Both the position numbers and the translations under genes were made by a program. This document shows, piece by piece, positions 1-12,797 of a DNA stretch of 64,000 bases. The notes beneath the pieces were generated by a model, which worked only from the letters and a program-made list of their open reading frames with translations, was not told the origin of the DNA and searched no databases. The first letter of the stretch is position 1; every line of letters starts with the position of its first letter. Where the stretch lies: assembly GCF_041956535.1 (NCBI RefSeq), contig NW_027192202.1, positions 386,654 to 450,653 on the forward strand, given 5' to 3'. Origin of the DNA: Calcarisporiella thermophila CBS 279.70 (lineage: Eukaryota > Fungi > Calcarisporiellomycota).

Positions 1-1147
1 CAGTTTAAAACGCATTTACCCTTGAAAAGTTACAAACATGGCACTCGATGTGCATGGAATGAGAGCTGATGTTATAAGATTTTGCAAAATATATAATATT
101 TAGTTTGTAGTTTTATCCTTATAGGAAGTATGATCCGTAATATTAAAAAAGAGGGGAGTCAAGAAACTTTTGAGAGGCATTTTATATATAATTCCAAATA
201 TATATTCAATGTGTTTAAAAAAAAATGTTGATAATTCATTTGAAGAGAAAAGCAATGAAAAGAAGATAAAGCATAATCTGATGATGAAATCAGTTTTTTC
301 CGCAATCCGAGGAAATAAGGGCAAACTTTAAACCTGAAATAAGGCCAATTATAGATCAAGTTCTACGATTATAGTTGCAATCAGGTGTGCAAGCCGTTGT
401 GTATGATGTGGTAGATGTGCGTGACGTGTGCTTCAACACAATCCTCTCCTCCCACCGCTTCCCACTCCTCCTACACGATGAGACTTAACAGGTGAAAGAT
501 TCTATTAGAATTTTTTTTATTTTCCAATATTTACAGTGCCCAAATCCATTATACACCACGGGCAATATGTTGGTTACCAAGAGAGCTAACTCTTATCCAC
601 AAAACGTATGACTCGCTTTGGCTAGTGCCATCAACTAAGTGAAGCCTTACTTGTGTAGGTTGCCCATGGTTCCAATCCCAGATAGTTGATTACTCCAAGA
701 GTACAGAAGTTCCGAGGGCATGTGCGCAGCGGTGAATATCTGATTTTGCCAAAAATTTCAATGTTAAGAACAACCTGATTATAATCTAAACTTTCAGTTG
801 CAGTTATCTAATGGGATTTTCAAACTTGGTCCATTCGCAGCATCTCGCTCAATCTGATAGCAACAACTCGGAGATGCAAGTTGTCTAAATTGTATTTTCG
901 CCAGGGAATTTAGAAAAGCTTGATTTCTATTTCGGAACACTGGTGATTGCTCATCGCTTGTTTAACTCCAAAAGGAAAATCATGCGAGTCGGACTTTGGG
1001 GAAATGTACAGCCGAAAATTGGAATAAATAATCCGTTTTTACAAGCGTTAGTTCGAGAGCCCCTTTCTACCTCTTCTCGTGGCCTCTACCCTTGTCGTCC
1101 CTGAGCACTTCACGCGCTTCCTTTGCAATCTGCTATCCCAATTTTCA

Positions 1148-2533
1148 ATGCTCACCGCCGATATTACCGCATCTAGTACCCCTACTAGTTTATCAGATAG
1201 CGCTCAACCTCATATTGTGATTGTGGGTGCAAACTATGGAGGTTTAAGCGTAGCGAAAAACCTGTATGCCCGGTTCATTGCTCCCTCCCGGAAATCGGGC
1301 GATGATACCGAAGCCAAGCCTGAAGAACCGACTCAGTTGATTCCTCCCCGCGTCACTCTTATCGATAAACGGGATGGATTCCTTCACTTGATCGGTATGT
1401 GCCGGGCCGTTGTCGACGTTCCATTCGGCGACAGTATCTGGCTGCCGCATGCAGATTGTCCCTGGCTCCAGCACCCAATGTTCCAACGAGAGAAGGGAAA
1501 GGTCGTCTCGGTGCATCCTCACCATCTCGAACTAGAAGACGGTCGAAGCATAGATTTTGATTACTTGGTTATCGCTACAGGGTTGACGAGAGCACCGCCA
1601 ATTTGGCCTCAAGCAACTGATCATGACGAGTACAAGGCCGAAATTCGTCGGTATCTCGAAGAAATCAAACCTGCAGATCGAGCTGTAGTAGTAGGGGGCG
1701 GTGCGGTGGGGGTGGAGATCGCCGCCGAAATCAAGGAGGAATTTCCCGAAAAGCACGTAACCCTTGTTCACTCTCGAGAGCTACCTATTGTGGGTCCATT
1801 TATTAAAGAATTCCGCACCCGAGTTGTGGAGGAGTTGGAGGCAGCAGGTGTAGAAGTCATCCTTGGTGAGCGAGTCGTGTCTGAGAAAATTCAAGACGAA
1901 GCGAGCTCGGCTGACGGAACAGTTGAGAAAACAATCGACCCAAGCCCCAAGATCACCAACAAATCCGCAACTGCCACCGCAGTGGAGCTCACTACCTCTT
2001 CGGGGCGGGTTATCCATGCGGACTGGGTCATCAATTGCACGGGAGCAGGTCAGCCAGCTTCAGATTTCCTTCATAGCCTGCCGGCCACCACCGATGAGCC
2101 ATTGACCACGAAGGATGGCTTGATCCGAGTAAAGAAGAATCTCCAGCTTATTGATCCCGCCTATTCCCATATCTTCGCTATTGGAGACGTGAACGACTTA
2201 CACGAAGTCAAATTAGCCGGGGGCAGTATTTATATGGGCTATTTTGTCGCCAAAAACTTGCTCAAGTTAATGCAAGCAGCCGGTCATTACAATGATATCA
2301 TCTCTGATTCTGCAACCGCCGATGAAGTGGAAGCTGGCGAAGATGGTCTCTTTACTTATCCTGAATATCCTCCGCAACTTGTGCTTTTGTTAGGAAAGAA
2401 GCATGGTGTTGCGCAATACCTGGGGCAAGTGTGGGAATTCGACTGGGTCAACACTGTCACTGGCGGTGATACGAGCTTCAAAAAGTGTGCCGATGGTCTA
2501 GCACTCTTTGGTTATCCAGACTCACTCGCATAA
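1148..2533 (+). CDS. AIF/AMID (FSP1-like) FAD/NAD(P)H-dependent oxidoreductase, intronless
   Basis: Two Rossmann motifs (IVIVGANYGG, VVVGGGAVGVEIAAE), DYLVIATG and IFAIGDVND. First ATG is at 1148; the ORF track starts at GTG 1079. Confidence 0.88.
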   Translation: MLTADITASSTPTSLSDSAQPHIVIVGANYGGLSVAKNLYARFIAPSRKSGDDTEAKPEEPTQLIPPRVTLIDKRDGFLHLIGMCRAVVDVPFGDSIWLPHADCPWLQHPMFQREKGKVVSVHPHHLELEDGRSIDFDYLVIATGLTRAPPIWPQATDHDEYKAEIRRYLEEIKPADRAVVVGGGAVGVEIAAEIKEEFPEKHVTLVHSRELPIVGPFIKEFRTRVVEELEAAGVEVILGERVVSEKIQDEASSADGTVEKTIDPSPKITNKSATATAVELTTSSGRVIHADWVINCTGAGQPASDFLHSLPATTDEPLTTKDGLIRVKKNLQLIDPAYSHIFAIGDVNDLHEVKLAGGSIYMGYFVAKNLLKLMQAAGHYNDIISDSATADEVEAGEDGLFTYPEYPPQLVLLLGKKHGVAQYLGQVWEFDWVNTVTGGDTSFKKCADGLALFGYPDSLA

Positions 2534-3049
2534 ACTTGTCATCTCGGGATCTTTTTAACATAACTCACTTTCTTAACGAATATCTGTATTTTCCCTATGT
2601 TTTTATCGGATCATAGGATTAAATCATGGCCTATGGTTTCCTCTCAGTATTCTCCTTTCTCTAATCTAGGGTCTGATGTAAATATTATTATCTGCGTTTT
2701 TTAATTCCGAATAGAAATTATTAGAATATGTGATATGAAGGGAAAAAGATATATCCTTTGGATAAACCTGGAAAGATAAGCAAAAGGGACGCTATAAATT
2801 GCTTATTGTTTCCGCTCCCGCTTCCGTCAGATTTTCTATGATTCTTGGACACTACAAAATAATTCTACGAGTTCCCAGTTAAATCCGTTGGTGACATTGG
2901 CAATTAAAAAAATGTTCATGTTATTATTAAATAAATAATAGAAATCAAGAATGGAGTATGTGAATGAAGTAATTGTAAGATTTCAAATAAATAAGTTATC
3001 TTTGACATCTAGATAATATAAATAGGTAAATTAAACAATACTGTACAGA

Positions 3050-4982
3050 TTAGTTTTTGGTCTTTTGACGGAGATCGTATCCTTTCATAAAGAGGAGCCC
3101 AATGGATCCAACGCCCAATATTATGGTTCCGGTGATGGAGACATCCCTTTGCGTTTCGATGTATGCTTGCTTTACTATCGCGTTCTGTGCAGGAGTTAGA
3201 CTCTTGATATAGGTCACATCGTTGATAATCTTCGCAATATCCATTCCCGGTAAAAGATTTCCTTCGAGCTTCCGAGGTAAGAGATAGGTCCAGAATGCAC
3301 TGGACGCCGCTTCCCCTATCGCTCCTCCATAGAAGGACATGAAGGCGAAGAAGGTAGTCGCAATAGCTACATCGGCGGGTTCAACGGCAGCCTGGACTCC
3401 AATTAGAGTTGTGCAATAAAGAGCACCTCCACCTATTCCGGTTACCGCTTGAACGATTCCGATTTCCGCCGCGGTGATATCAGCCCCCTTAAGCCGTATC
3501 ATTAGCCCCGTACCAAGGGTGAGCAGGCTATAGGCAAGCCACATCCACCGGCGATACCGTCCGCTCCATTGCATCAACCATCCGGCAACGATCTGGCCGA
3601 CGGTAGCCCCTGCTGTAAATCCAAGCTGGAGCATGGACGCCTCTTGCATGTCTGCGTCTCGGGTCACTTGCAAAAATGCATTAATAAAGTACAGGGTCAG
3701 GTTGGTAGAGCAATAATAGATGATCACGGATATCAGCCCTCCTCCCACGTTTCGATTGGCAAGTAATCTCAGAGGAAGTACGGGATACACGGACACGTAA
3801 ATTTCATACATCAAGAAGATAATCAAGCAAACGACGCCGGAGATAATGAGTCCTAAAACCATAGCTAGTTACATGCATTTGAAAATGGTTAGTGCAACTG
3901 ATAATTATAACTTTGAAATTAGGAGGAATAGGATTTCGCTCGGGTGCTCAATATACATTACCTGAATTCCATCCGTAATGTGCCGGAAAACCAAGCGAAA
4001 TGGGCCCCAGAATCATGATGGTTCCTCCTATAAGGAGAACCACTCCAACTACATCGAGCTCCGTCATGATTCGAACGAACCGCTGGCGCAGTGATTGAAT
4101 GGATAGAGGTTTCGTTGGCACTTCTTCGATGGACTCATACATTTCCGTCTCGGCCTTCAACTTCTTCTTAGCTCGAGATTGCACTGCAAACAGCACATAC
4201 ATAATCGGAATCGAACAGATGACTCCTAGGATGTTTAGCAGGATGAAAACCCAGCGCCAGGATGATGCCACCAAAGCTGTAGCAATGACCGGGCCTAAAT
4301 AGGCGTTGGTAAGACTCGGAATGCTGAGGTAGCTTTGGAACGAGCCTCGGCTGAGCAGCGGAATGATATCTGCTATTACAATGTAGAGAATGACCGAAAA
4401 TCCAGTTTGCCCCACTGACACCAGGACATTTGCCGCAAAATACATCCCGAAGCTTTGCGCGGCCGCTGAGATGACATAGGCAAGGGTATGGAAAGCAAGC
4501 GCAACGCAATAGGCCTCTGCTCTTCCGAATGCATCTGCCAGCTTTGAAAAGGCCGGTTTAAGGGCAGCGATGGCTAAATAAGAGATACTGCTCATCCCGC
4601 CCCCTTTTGACAGTGCATCGAACTGACTTAGGACGAGAGGAGTAATGGTAGCCACAGTGCTTGTATCCAAATAGACAACAAAATTCATCAAGAATAAACT
4701 GAAGGCGCGACCCGACATAGAAAATTTTAGGTATATCAATATTAATGTTTACTTCAAACGCACATCAGATATCATGATAGAGGATGCATACCCAGTATAG
4801 ATAATAATAATATCTCGCTTTTTCCACTCGGTAGCCGCTGCTAATTTTACGCCTGCCAACTCAGCATTTTCTACTTTGTGTTTATCATTTCTTGGTGAAG
4901 CTGCTTCTATGTCTTCATAGTTCGCCCTCTTAACTGGCGCGTCCCCTGCATTGCTCTCGAGTGGCCTTTCATCCTGGGCCAT
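3050..4982 (-). CDS. MFS 14-TM siderophore-iron transporter family (ARN/SIT/MirB-like), 3 exons (~4982-4792, 4698-3962, 3864-3050)
   Basis: Motifs KLADAFGRAE, WRW, IGVQAAV, GGAIGEAASSAFW and AYIETQR. Two GT-AG introns join the three ORF-track pieces in frame. Confidence 0.85.
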
Positions 4983-6300
4983 GTTTCACGGTTATGATAT
5001 ATACAAGGGGTGCCTAAACTTGGCGATAGTCACTATGACAAATAAATAGGATGAAAGAAATTAACAAATCGGTGATCCTATCTTCGCACTGATAGTTTGA
5101 AAGATTTTGTTCCAAATTGAAAACAAAAAAAAAACAGGAAGAGCTAAATTAAGGTAATGCTCGAAGTGACCTCGGGCCCTTTAAATGACAATACTGCGCG
5201 ATGGTTTACCAGAAATCGGGAGTTTTCTCCGAAAGGTTTCGTTTAAGGGCATTCTCCGTGTCGTATTGGTTCCTCTGGGAATACGTAAATCATGCCACAG
5301 CTGAGATCTCGCACATACTCGAGCATGTTAGGTGTCGGTAGGTGAAATAGTACAACAATATCGTATGATTTTCTGTGGTTTGAATCTAATCTTGATAATC
5401 GTATATCCGCCCATTCTCATTGAGGCCAATCTGATATCATCAAAGCATTCCAAATTGGAAAGCCTGTAACCACGGCGTGTACACTCGCCGAAAACTACTA
5501 TTTTGTAATTATGAAGCCTGAAAATTCTCTCCTGGAATAATGGTTTCTCCTGTTTTTTGGATAGCTATTATAGTACAATACTATAACTCCATCTCCTTTG
5601 AAAAAGGTATCTCATTGCGATGGATTAAATCCTAGATTCGAAAAAATGTTTGCTGTTCTTCGCTCGAGATTATGGTACTAGGTTGCTATTGTCAGAGATA
5701 AACGGCAGAGAGTACTTTATTAATGAAATGGATGCTTGACATAATTCAACTTTGATCTAACTCAATTCTGGTGTGCCCAACTCACATTTTTCCAAATTGT
5801 CATTAATTGTGCTTTTATTACTTATATTTCTTAAAGTTAGAGAACATCTGCTCCAGTTAAAATGCGGTGCTCTTGTTACGATACATAAAGCCTCCAGGTA
5901 TTTCTGACCATTGATATAACTAGCCTGTTATATCGTGCCAATACTATAGACGTTGAATCATATTGATTTTATCCGTTTTTCACGTCGCCAAATACGCAAG
6001 TTTCTTCAGATGCTTTACTTCTTTAAACCTTGCAAATAAAATTCTAAGCACGTTAAAAATGTTAATGCGGGTTCCTATCTATCCATGATATAAGCACTTT
6101 TATCATAGGATTGAAGCTCTTCTATCGTAGCTCTGCTATTACTTTTGAAGCAGTGATAGCATGTTGAGCCTCGGTGTTCAATAAACGGTTCCTAAATAAA
6201 CCTAACTGACTAATTCCAAGCCTCAATCGCACAAGTTCCGATCGCGGACTTTTTTGCCGTGAACTCAGCTTTACCTCTGTCATCCTAGAACAAGGAAAAC

Positions 6301-7571
6301 ATGACTTCCGAATCGAAACCAATTCAGGTTGGCGCTGCCAATACGCTAGAGTATCGTGTCTATCATGGTATGGAAGTTTTTGTCGCGATGTGGACATGAA
6401 TTTGCCTTAGTACATGACGATATTATAATAGAAAAGCATGGTCATTCATCTTCATTCTTCCACGATATTCCACTCTATGCCGATAAAGAGAGAGGAATAT
6501 ATAATATGATTGTCGAAATACCACGTTGGACGAACGCTAAACTTGAAGTATAAAATATCCGCTATTTTTGGTTTTGGATAAATACTTACAGTTGAGAACA
6601 TAGATCTCAAAGGAAGAGCCGTTCAATCCTATTAAACAAGATATCAAAAAAGGTAAGCTCCGCTACGTGCGCAACTGTTTTCCTCATCACGGGTACATTT
6701 GGAACTACGGAGCCTTCCCGCAGGTAAGGCGATTGTTACGCGTCAGATACTAGGTAGTATTCCAAAATAGAAGCTTTTATAGACATGGGAAGATCCAAAT
6801 TTGATCCACCCTGAGACGAAGGCCCGTGGTGATAATGATCCTCTTGACGTGTGTGAAATCGGTGAGCAGGTTGGATATACTGGTCAGGTGAAACAGGTTA
6901 AAGTGCTTGGAGTGATGGCGTTGATTGATGAGGGGGAGACTGATTGGAAAGTGATTGTGATTGATGTTAACGATCCGCTTGCGAACAAACTCAATGGTGA
7001 TTATTCGTAATATCCGTACGCTCGAGGTTTTTTTCGCTAAAAAAAACTATTTCATCGTTAGATATTGAGGATGTTGAAAGGCATCTCCCCGGACTTATCC
7101 GTGCGACCAACGAATGGTTCCGCATCTATAAAATTCCTGACGGTAAGCCTGAGAATCAGTTTGCCTTCAGTGGCGAGGCGAAAAACAAGGTGACTTAAAA
7201 CATTTCAACGACGATGTCAAATTAAGATTTGAGATTGTATTCTCCTATCCCTTTAGAAATATGCCCTGGATGTAATTAATGAGTGCCATGAAGCATGGAA
7301 ACGTCTTATTACGGGCGTCATACCCCCTAAGACAGAGAAACACAATATTCAAGTGTAAGCTTTGCGATTACGACTGCTGAGCTATAAGATGGCTGATATT
7401 TAGTTTGTATACTTTCGATGTAGCCTAAATCTCACCGTTGAAAACAGTCCCTACAGGGTGGCACCTGATAACAACGTGGTCCCCAATATATCCAGAGAGC
7501 ATGCGAAACCTGCAGCACCCATTGACCCTTCGATTGATAAGTGGTTTTTTCTTTCAGGGAATCAAATATAG
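6301..7571 (+). CDS. IPP1: Inorganic pyrophosphatase (family I), multi-exon
   Basis: [49 protein letters not shown] and C-terminal [11 protein letters not shown]. Canonical stop TAG at 7569-7571. Confidence 0.96.
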
Positions 7572-8260
7572 CGCCTCACTGTTGTCCCTCAAAGGCCATC
7601 TCTAAGCTATGAGTCGGGGTTAAGCGGAAAAATAAACCTACTAATTGTGCTGATATAATGAATAAGTTTTTGGAAGTCTCCATTATATTATATTGTGATA
7701 TAATTTGGTTTCAAAAAGATAGGCTCTTCTGCAATCACTGGACAATATTGATCAAGCTTTAGTCCATGATAATATCAGGTCTCTTTCTATCATTAGGCTC
7801 CGGAAGCAAAATTAAAGTGGAACATCAGCTATTGAGCAGCTTGTGATGTCTGCGCAAGCTCCCAAGTTACTGGAACCACCAAGTTGGAAACCTTACTGTA
7901 TATTTAGAGAAATCCCCCGAATTCAAACTTTCTTGGGAATAATTTCCGGGTGCAAAATCAAGTGGCGATAACTAGGTCAAAGAACATCTGAAATGCAGTG
8001 GCTATAGCGGCCTTGTTAATGATGATATAGAATGGCGATGGAAGATTGGAAAGGGAGAATAAGCTTTCCCTATTTTTAGAACAAAGTACATTAGTGGCAG
8101 TATTTTTGAAACGATTTAATTTAAATCCTAATTTACACAGCGATTCTATTGAATTTTCTTTGGAATTTTATTTTGCTTACGCCGCCAGCCCACACGGACC
8201 GGCCCCCCAAAAAGTTTCTCCATCTTTGAGAATTGATCGGATCATCCCTATGTCACGAAG

Positions 8261-9742
8261 ATGAACGGCATAGAGCAACTTCCATGCTATGAGCAAGCTA
8301 TAAACAATACCCCTCATTCAGGACAATTGCATTCATCTACCGGATCAACCGCATTGTTAGATTTAGAGGGCGGGCATGCATCACTTGGCCACATACCCTC
8401 CGAACTCAACTTTGAAATGGAGTTGGTCGGCGAACCAACTTTACGCTCCCCTAGATATCTCTGCGGCACTATGCTCGCGGGGCGGTACCTTTTACTTGGC
8501 CATGCGCGAGGCTTGGATGTTGTCGATATCTCTCTTAGAAATAACGCTAAAAGAAAGGTTATAATCGAAGGAACGCGATTTAAGCAATTGCGAGTGGTTG
8601 AAGAGTGTAACATTATGTTGGCGTTAGCAGGAAGAACAAATCAGATCCGATGCTATAATTTAGATGCAATTTTGAATATGATTGAAGGAGCAACACCCAA
8701 TTCACCAATTTCCGAGAATTCGAGATTTACATCGAATTCCAACATTCAAAATGGAAGGGACCCCATCACCAGCGGTAATGAACAGAATGGAAACCATCAC
8801 AGAGAGTTCGCGTTAGCTTCTTCATCTTCCAACAAGCGATTAAAGAATAAAGAGTCTGAATATTTCAAAATCCCTGAAACCGAAGAGTCTCGCCTATTTG
8901 ACGTAAAAACCACACCCGCATTCGCATATCTTATTGTTCTCTCGGATGCAAAGACAATCAAACTCTTCCAGCGCTCAGATGGCCCTTCACTTCAGCCATT
9001 TGTAAAGTTGAAGTCGTTCTGGGTTCCCAGCGATCCTGTCTATGTCGCATTGGCTCACGATCGTCTCAAGCAACCACAGAATATTATTGCAGTGTTCTCG
9101 GAAGGGGGAGCAAGTTTGATCGATTTACGAGAGAGTACTGTCAAGGAGGTAAAGGTTTCTAGTAGCGTATTTCATCCGCCCCCCTCAGTCTCTTCAATGC
9201 CGCGATATTTATCCCAATCGCCGCCAAAGAACGAAAAGCGCAAGGAAACCGTTGGTTCTTGGTGCTCGCTTGTTCAGACCCCTTTTGATATTTCAGTCAT
9301 TGATCCCGGGCATATAGAACCCGACTCTTCGTTTCCACCGCCCTCTTACGATTCGGCCCTCCTCGAGGCAGAGCCTGACCTAACTGCTAGATCCCCTTTG
9401 CTCTACCTTGCTACCCGTGGGAGACGATCTCGTATCATCGACCATCGTGGTCTGCCTTTTTCCACCCTCGTTTATGAGTGGTCCGACTCTCCTCGCCACT
9501 TCGAATTCTTCCAACCAAGCCCCTCCTCCGCTTATATCATCGCGTTCCTGAGTTCAAGCATTGAGATTATAGATGTGAACTCACACACCTCGTTGCAACT
9601 CGTGAGAGGAGTCCCCTTCCAATTCCTTACGAATTATCACCCATCCGAAGAGAAGCCCAGTGGTTTCCCCGGAGTGTATTGGTGCTGCTTTTTGAAAGAT
9701 AAAACCCATCTCTATCGAATCAAACCACACATGAGCCAGTAG
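8261..9742 (+). CDS. Stand-alone CNH (citron homology) domain protein, intronless
   Basis: YLLLGHARGL...RFKQLRVVEECNIMLALAGRTNQIRCYNL resembles the MAP4K/TNIK-type CNH signature, followed by WSDSP...YIIAF...IEIID. No kinase or GEF motifs. Confidence 0.7.
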   Translation: MNGIEQLPCYEQAINNTPHSGQLHSSTGSTALLDLEGGHASLGHIPSELNFEMELVGEPTLRSPRYLCGTMLAGRYLLLGHARGLDVVDISLRNNAKRKVIIEGTRFKQLRVVEECNIMLALAGRTNQIRCYNLDAILNMIEGATPNSPISENSRFTSNSNIQNGRDPITSGNEQNGNHHREFALASSSSNKRLKNKESEYFKIPETEESRLFDVKTTPAFAYLIVLSDAKTIKLFQRSDGPSLQPFVKLKSFWVPSDPVYVALAHDRLKQPQNIIAVFSEGGASLIDLRESTVKEVKVSSSVFHPPPSVSSMPRYLSQSPPKNEKRKETVGSWCSLVQTPFDISVIDPGHIEPDSSFPPPSYDSALLEAEPDLTARSPLLYLATRGRRSRIIDHRGLPFSTLVYEWSDSPRHFEFFQPSPSSAYIIAFLSSSIEIIDVNSHTSLQLVRGVPFQFLTNYHPSEEKPSGFPGVYWCCFLKDKTHLYRIKPHMSQ

Positions 9743-10188
9743 CTCTCTTGTCTCAAACCCACCATGTTGTCAACTGGTTTGGTTAGAGTCGCTATAGAAA
9801 AAAAGGGTCTTGGAGTGGGTGGAGGGAGGAATTAACCGAGCTTATAAGGGGAGGGGGAATTTCACCAGGATGTTTTTTTGTATTGATATTTTATTTCACC
9901 TTGTTTATTTTGTCGTTTGTCAGTTATGAACCATCTCATGTAGTTGCATCTGGATGCAGTCTTCAGTCTTATCAAATTGCTATCTCAACACTCTAAATAT
10001 ACCAAGTATATATGATGTACAGAAATACAAGATCGAAATGGGGCAAAGGCAGGAGATATAAAATAAAATATACTCTCAACAAGTGTTAGTACATGGAAAC
10101 GAGGGTTTGTCTTTTTTCAGTGCCAATATAAAAATAGCTGGAATTATCGCCGAAGATGGCCTCCCCCAAAATCAGGATGCTGTGACCA

Positions 10189-12797
10189 CTAACCGTCTCC
10201 ACCATCCATGGCCCGTTCGTCGTTGAATCGGTCTCGGTTCCTATACCGCATTTGGAATCCTTGATTTTCTAGGGTGGAAGGTCTCATCTCTCTCCTCTCC
10301 GGCTCCGGGATCCATTGCACCGCGGGAGCCCCATGGCCGCCCACACTGTTGACGTGCACAGGTTGAGGAGGCAGAGTATATCCGATCCCAAGTTCAGTGA
10401 GCATGTCTTTGACAGCCAGCGCAAAACGTGTCTTGTTTGCAAATCGTTTACCCTGATCTTGCCAGTTGGATTTGTGCTCCACACAGAAACTCAGGTTTAT
10501 CTTGTTCACATTCCACATGTCCATGAATCCAATATCGAATCCAGGGGAAAAGTCGCGGGCACCCTCCGTGAGAAGCCAATGGCGCACTCGATCTCGCAGC
10601 TCCATGATCAGCTCGCGAGGGGTGTTGAAGTTGACTTGGGCAAATATCGACTCGGCCATGTTACCCGACCGCCTGACATTCTCTATATTTTTGGTGCTAA
10701 GCACCTTGTTCGGCATGTATATGATCTGGCCATCCCAGCGACTAAAAAAAAAAAAAAGCAAAGCCAAATGATTAAAATAGGAATGGGGTAACAGCTACCG
10801 TCGAGCAGTTTTATACATACACCATAACAGTTGTCATCAAACCAATATTTTTAACTATATAGTGCGTGTAGGCGGTGTTTTCACCGAGATACACTCTGTC
10901 ACCCACGTCAAACGGATGCTGTAATATAGAGAAGCAGATCAGCATATACCAGCGGAGGAAATAGAATAAAAAAGCCGATGGTGCTTTACCGTTACGAATA
11001 AGAAAATGATGTTATTGAATAGATCCTTTGCCGTTCCACCGAACAAAAAGTTCAGAGCCACAAAGGCAGAGGTATAGGGTACGAGGGAGCTCCATATATC
11101 GGTGTTGAAAATGGCAAGGAAAATAAACAGAATAATCAAAAATGCAATGACCATGAAAATAATATCCAATTTTCCAACCGCTTGACTGACATCACGCAAA
11201 GAATTAGCCAGGTAGCGGCGCTCTTTGTAGATAAAATGCACAATATCGAGCATTTCAGAGCGGGAAATATCGCCGTTGCCATCACGGTCGAAAATTGCAA
11301 ACGCGCGTTTCGCCTCATCTTCATCGTGGTTGAAGTAAGGAAGGAAATCCTCTGCAACAAGATAGCTGCGATTGCCTTGAAGTCCAGTGAAGAGTTTGCG
11401 CGCAATCTTGGCAGCTTGACGAGACGAGTGAATCTCTCGAGTTTGTGCAAGATCCTTATTCTCTGCCATGGCTATATTCGTCAGCTTCTTATTGATTGCG
11501 GAGAGGAAAACAGGGGGGTTTTTGGTAATGAAAAAGGGTGATTCTTGATTTCGTCCGGTAGAGTAGCCAACATTGGTTTGCGAACGATCTGCATTCGGAT
11601 TCTCGGTGTCGGCGCGATAAATTTGGAGCGCAATATCATCACGATATTCACCGGTATTTTCGCTGCTATTTCGCCTCGTGCTGTTTCCAGTGCTAGTGCC
11701 ATCAGCAGTATTAAAGCGAGAGGCTTTAGGTCTGCGCTTTCGAAGGAGCCCATCTGTTCTGAATTTGTTGTTGGATTTCATAAGCTTATCAAGCACTAAT
11801 AATAGAAGATTAGCTAATTAGTCTAGGAGATTCTCAGGGAGAGGACTCACCTCGCAAAGCGTATTTGTTTTCCTTGATACGGTCTTTATATGCAGATTGG
11901 TGAAAACGTATGGCTAATACATAGATTAAAACAATCAGTTTCCAGGAAATCAGCGCATTTCCTAAAAAAAACCTACCGATAAGTTGGACCAGAAACTTCT
12001 CGGCCAAAAGGATGATTGAACTTCCAAAGAGTGCTCGGAATATGTCATATATGCGTATATAATCGCTAAGTTGGCTCATCTCAACGAATATGATATTTGT
12101 CAAGAACGCAAAGCTACCCCACATCCATGCAACAACAATAGCAACGATAATCCAGGTACGAACCCCAATAAAGTACTGAAAAAAATAAAAAAAAAAGAGT
12201 GAGAAGATATGAGATAGTGTAGAAAAGCAAAGCAAGTACCTCAAGCCGTAATTTCAACCACTCTGGACACTGACCCCAGAATCGTTTAGTTACAGTTACT
12301 ACGATTTTAGGTAGGACTTGTACCCAGAAGTATGTAATCCAAGTTATGCCCTAAAAGTAGCTTTGGTCTTAATAAAAAAAAAAGCAACTGTGACCAAGAA
12401 AAGATGAATATACCCAAATCCAAGCTGCCCAAAAACTCCATAATTCTATTGACCGCTTGGTGAATTCCTGCGATGGATCTAACATTACGAAGTGCGCAAC
12501 TATTCCTGGCGCCACTAGAATCGAAGCACCTATTGTACCGCCGACCAACGAGCGCATGAATGGCGAGAGCCGAGCAAACCCACGAGCAGTCTGACGCTTC
12601 TTTTTGCGGTAATCAGGATCATCGATTTCGGTCTCAATCCGAGCTTCCCAATCGAAAGTCTCATCCTCGGAATTCTCATTCGAATCCGTTTGCGGGATTA
12701 GGCCGTTGCGATCGGAAACAGCCTGCGGGTCAGGCGAAGGCTGAGGTAGAGGATTCGAAGAGGGATGTAGCTGAGGTTGCGAAGGGGCGCTCGCCAT
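10189..12797 (-). CDS. MscS-family mechanosensitive channel with EF-hand (Msy1/Msy2-like), multi-exon
   Basis: AIRFHQSAYKDRIKENK, EF-hand FDRDGNGDISRSE, IIFLFV..HPFDVGDRV, YMPNKVL..IENVRRS and HKSNWQD. Confidence 0.92.

Noticed and set aside
6161-6300. Upstream spliced extension of IPP1 as a mitochondrial presequence
   Set aside because: An in-frame TAG at 6286-6288 blocks it, and the peptide is not presequence-like.
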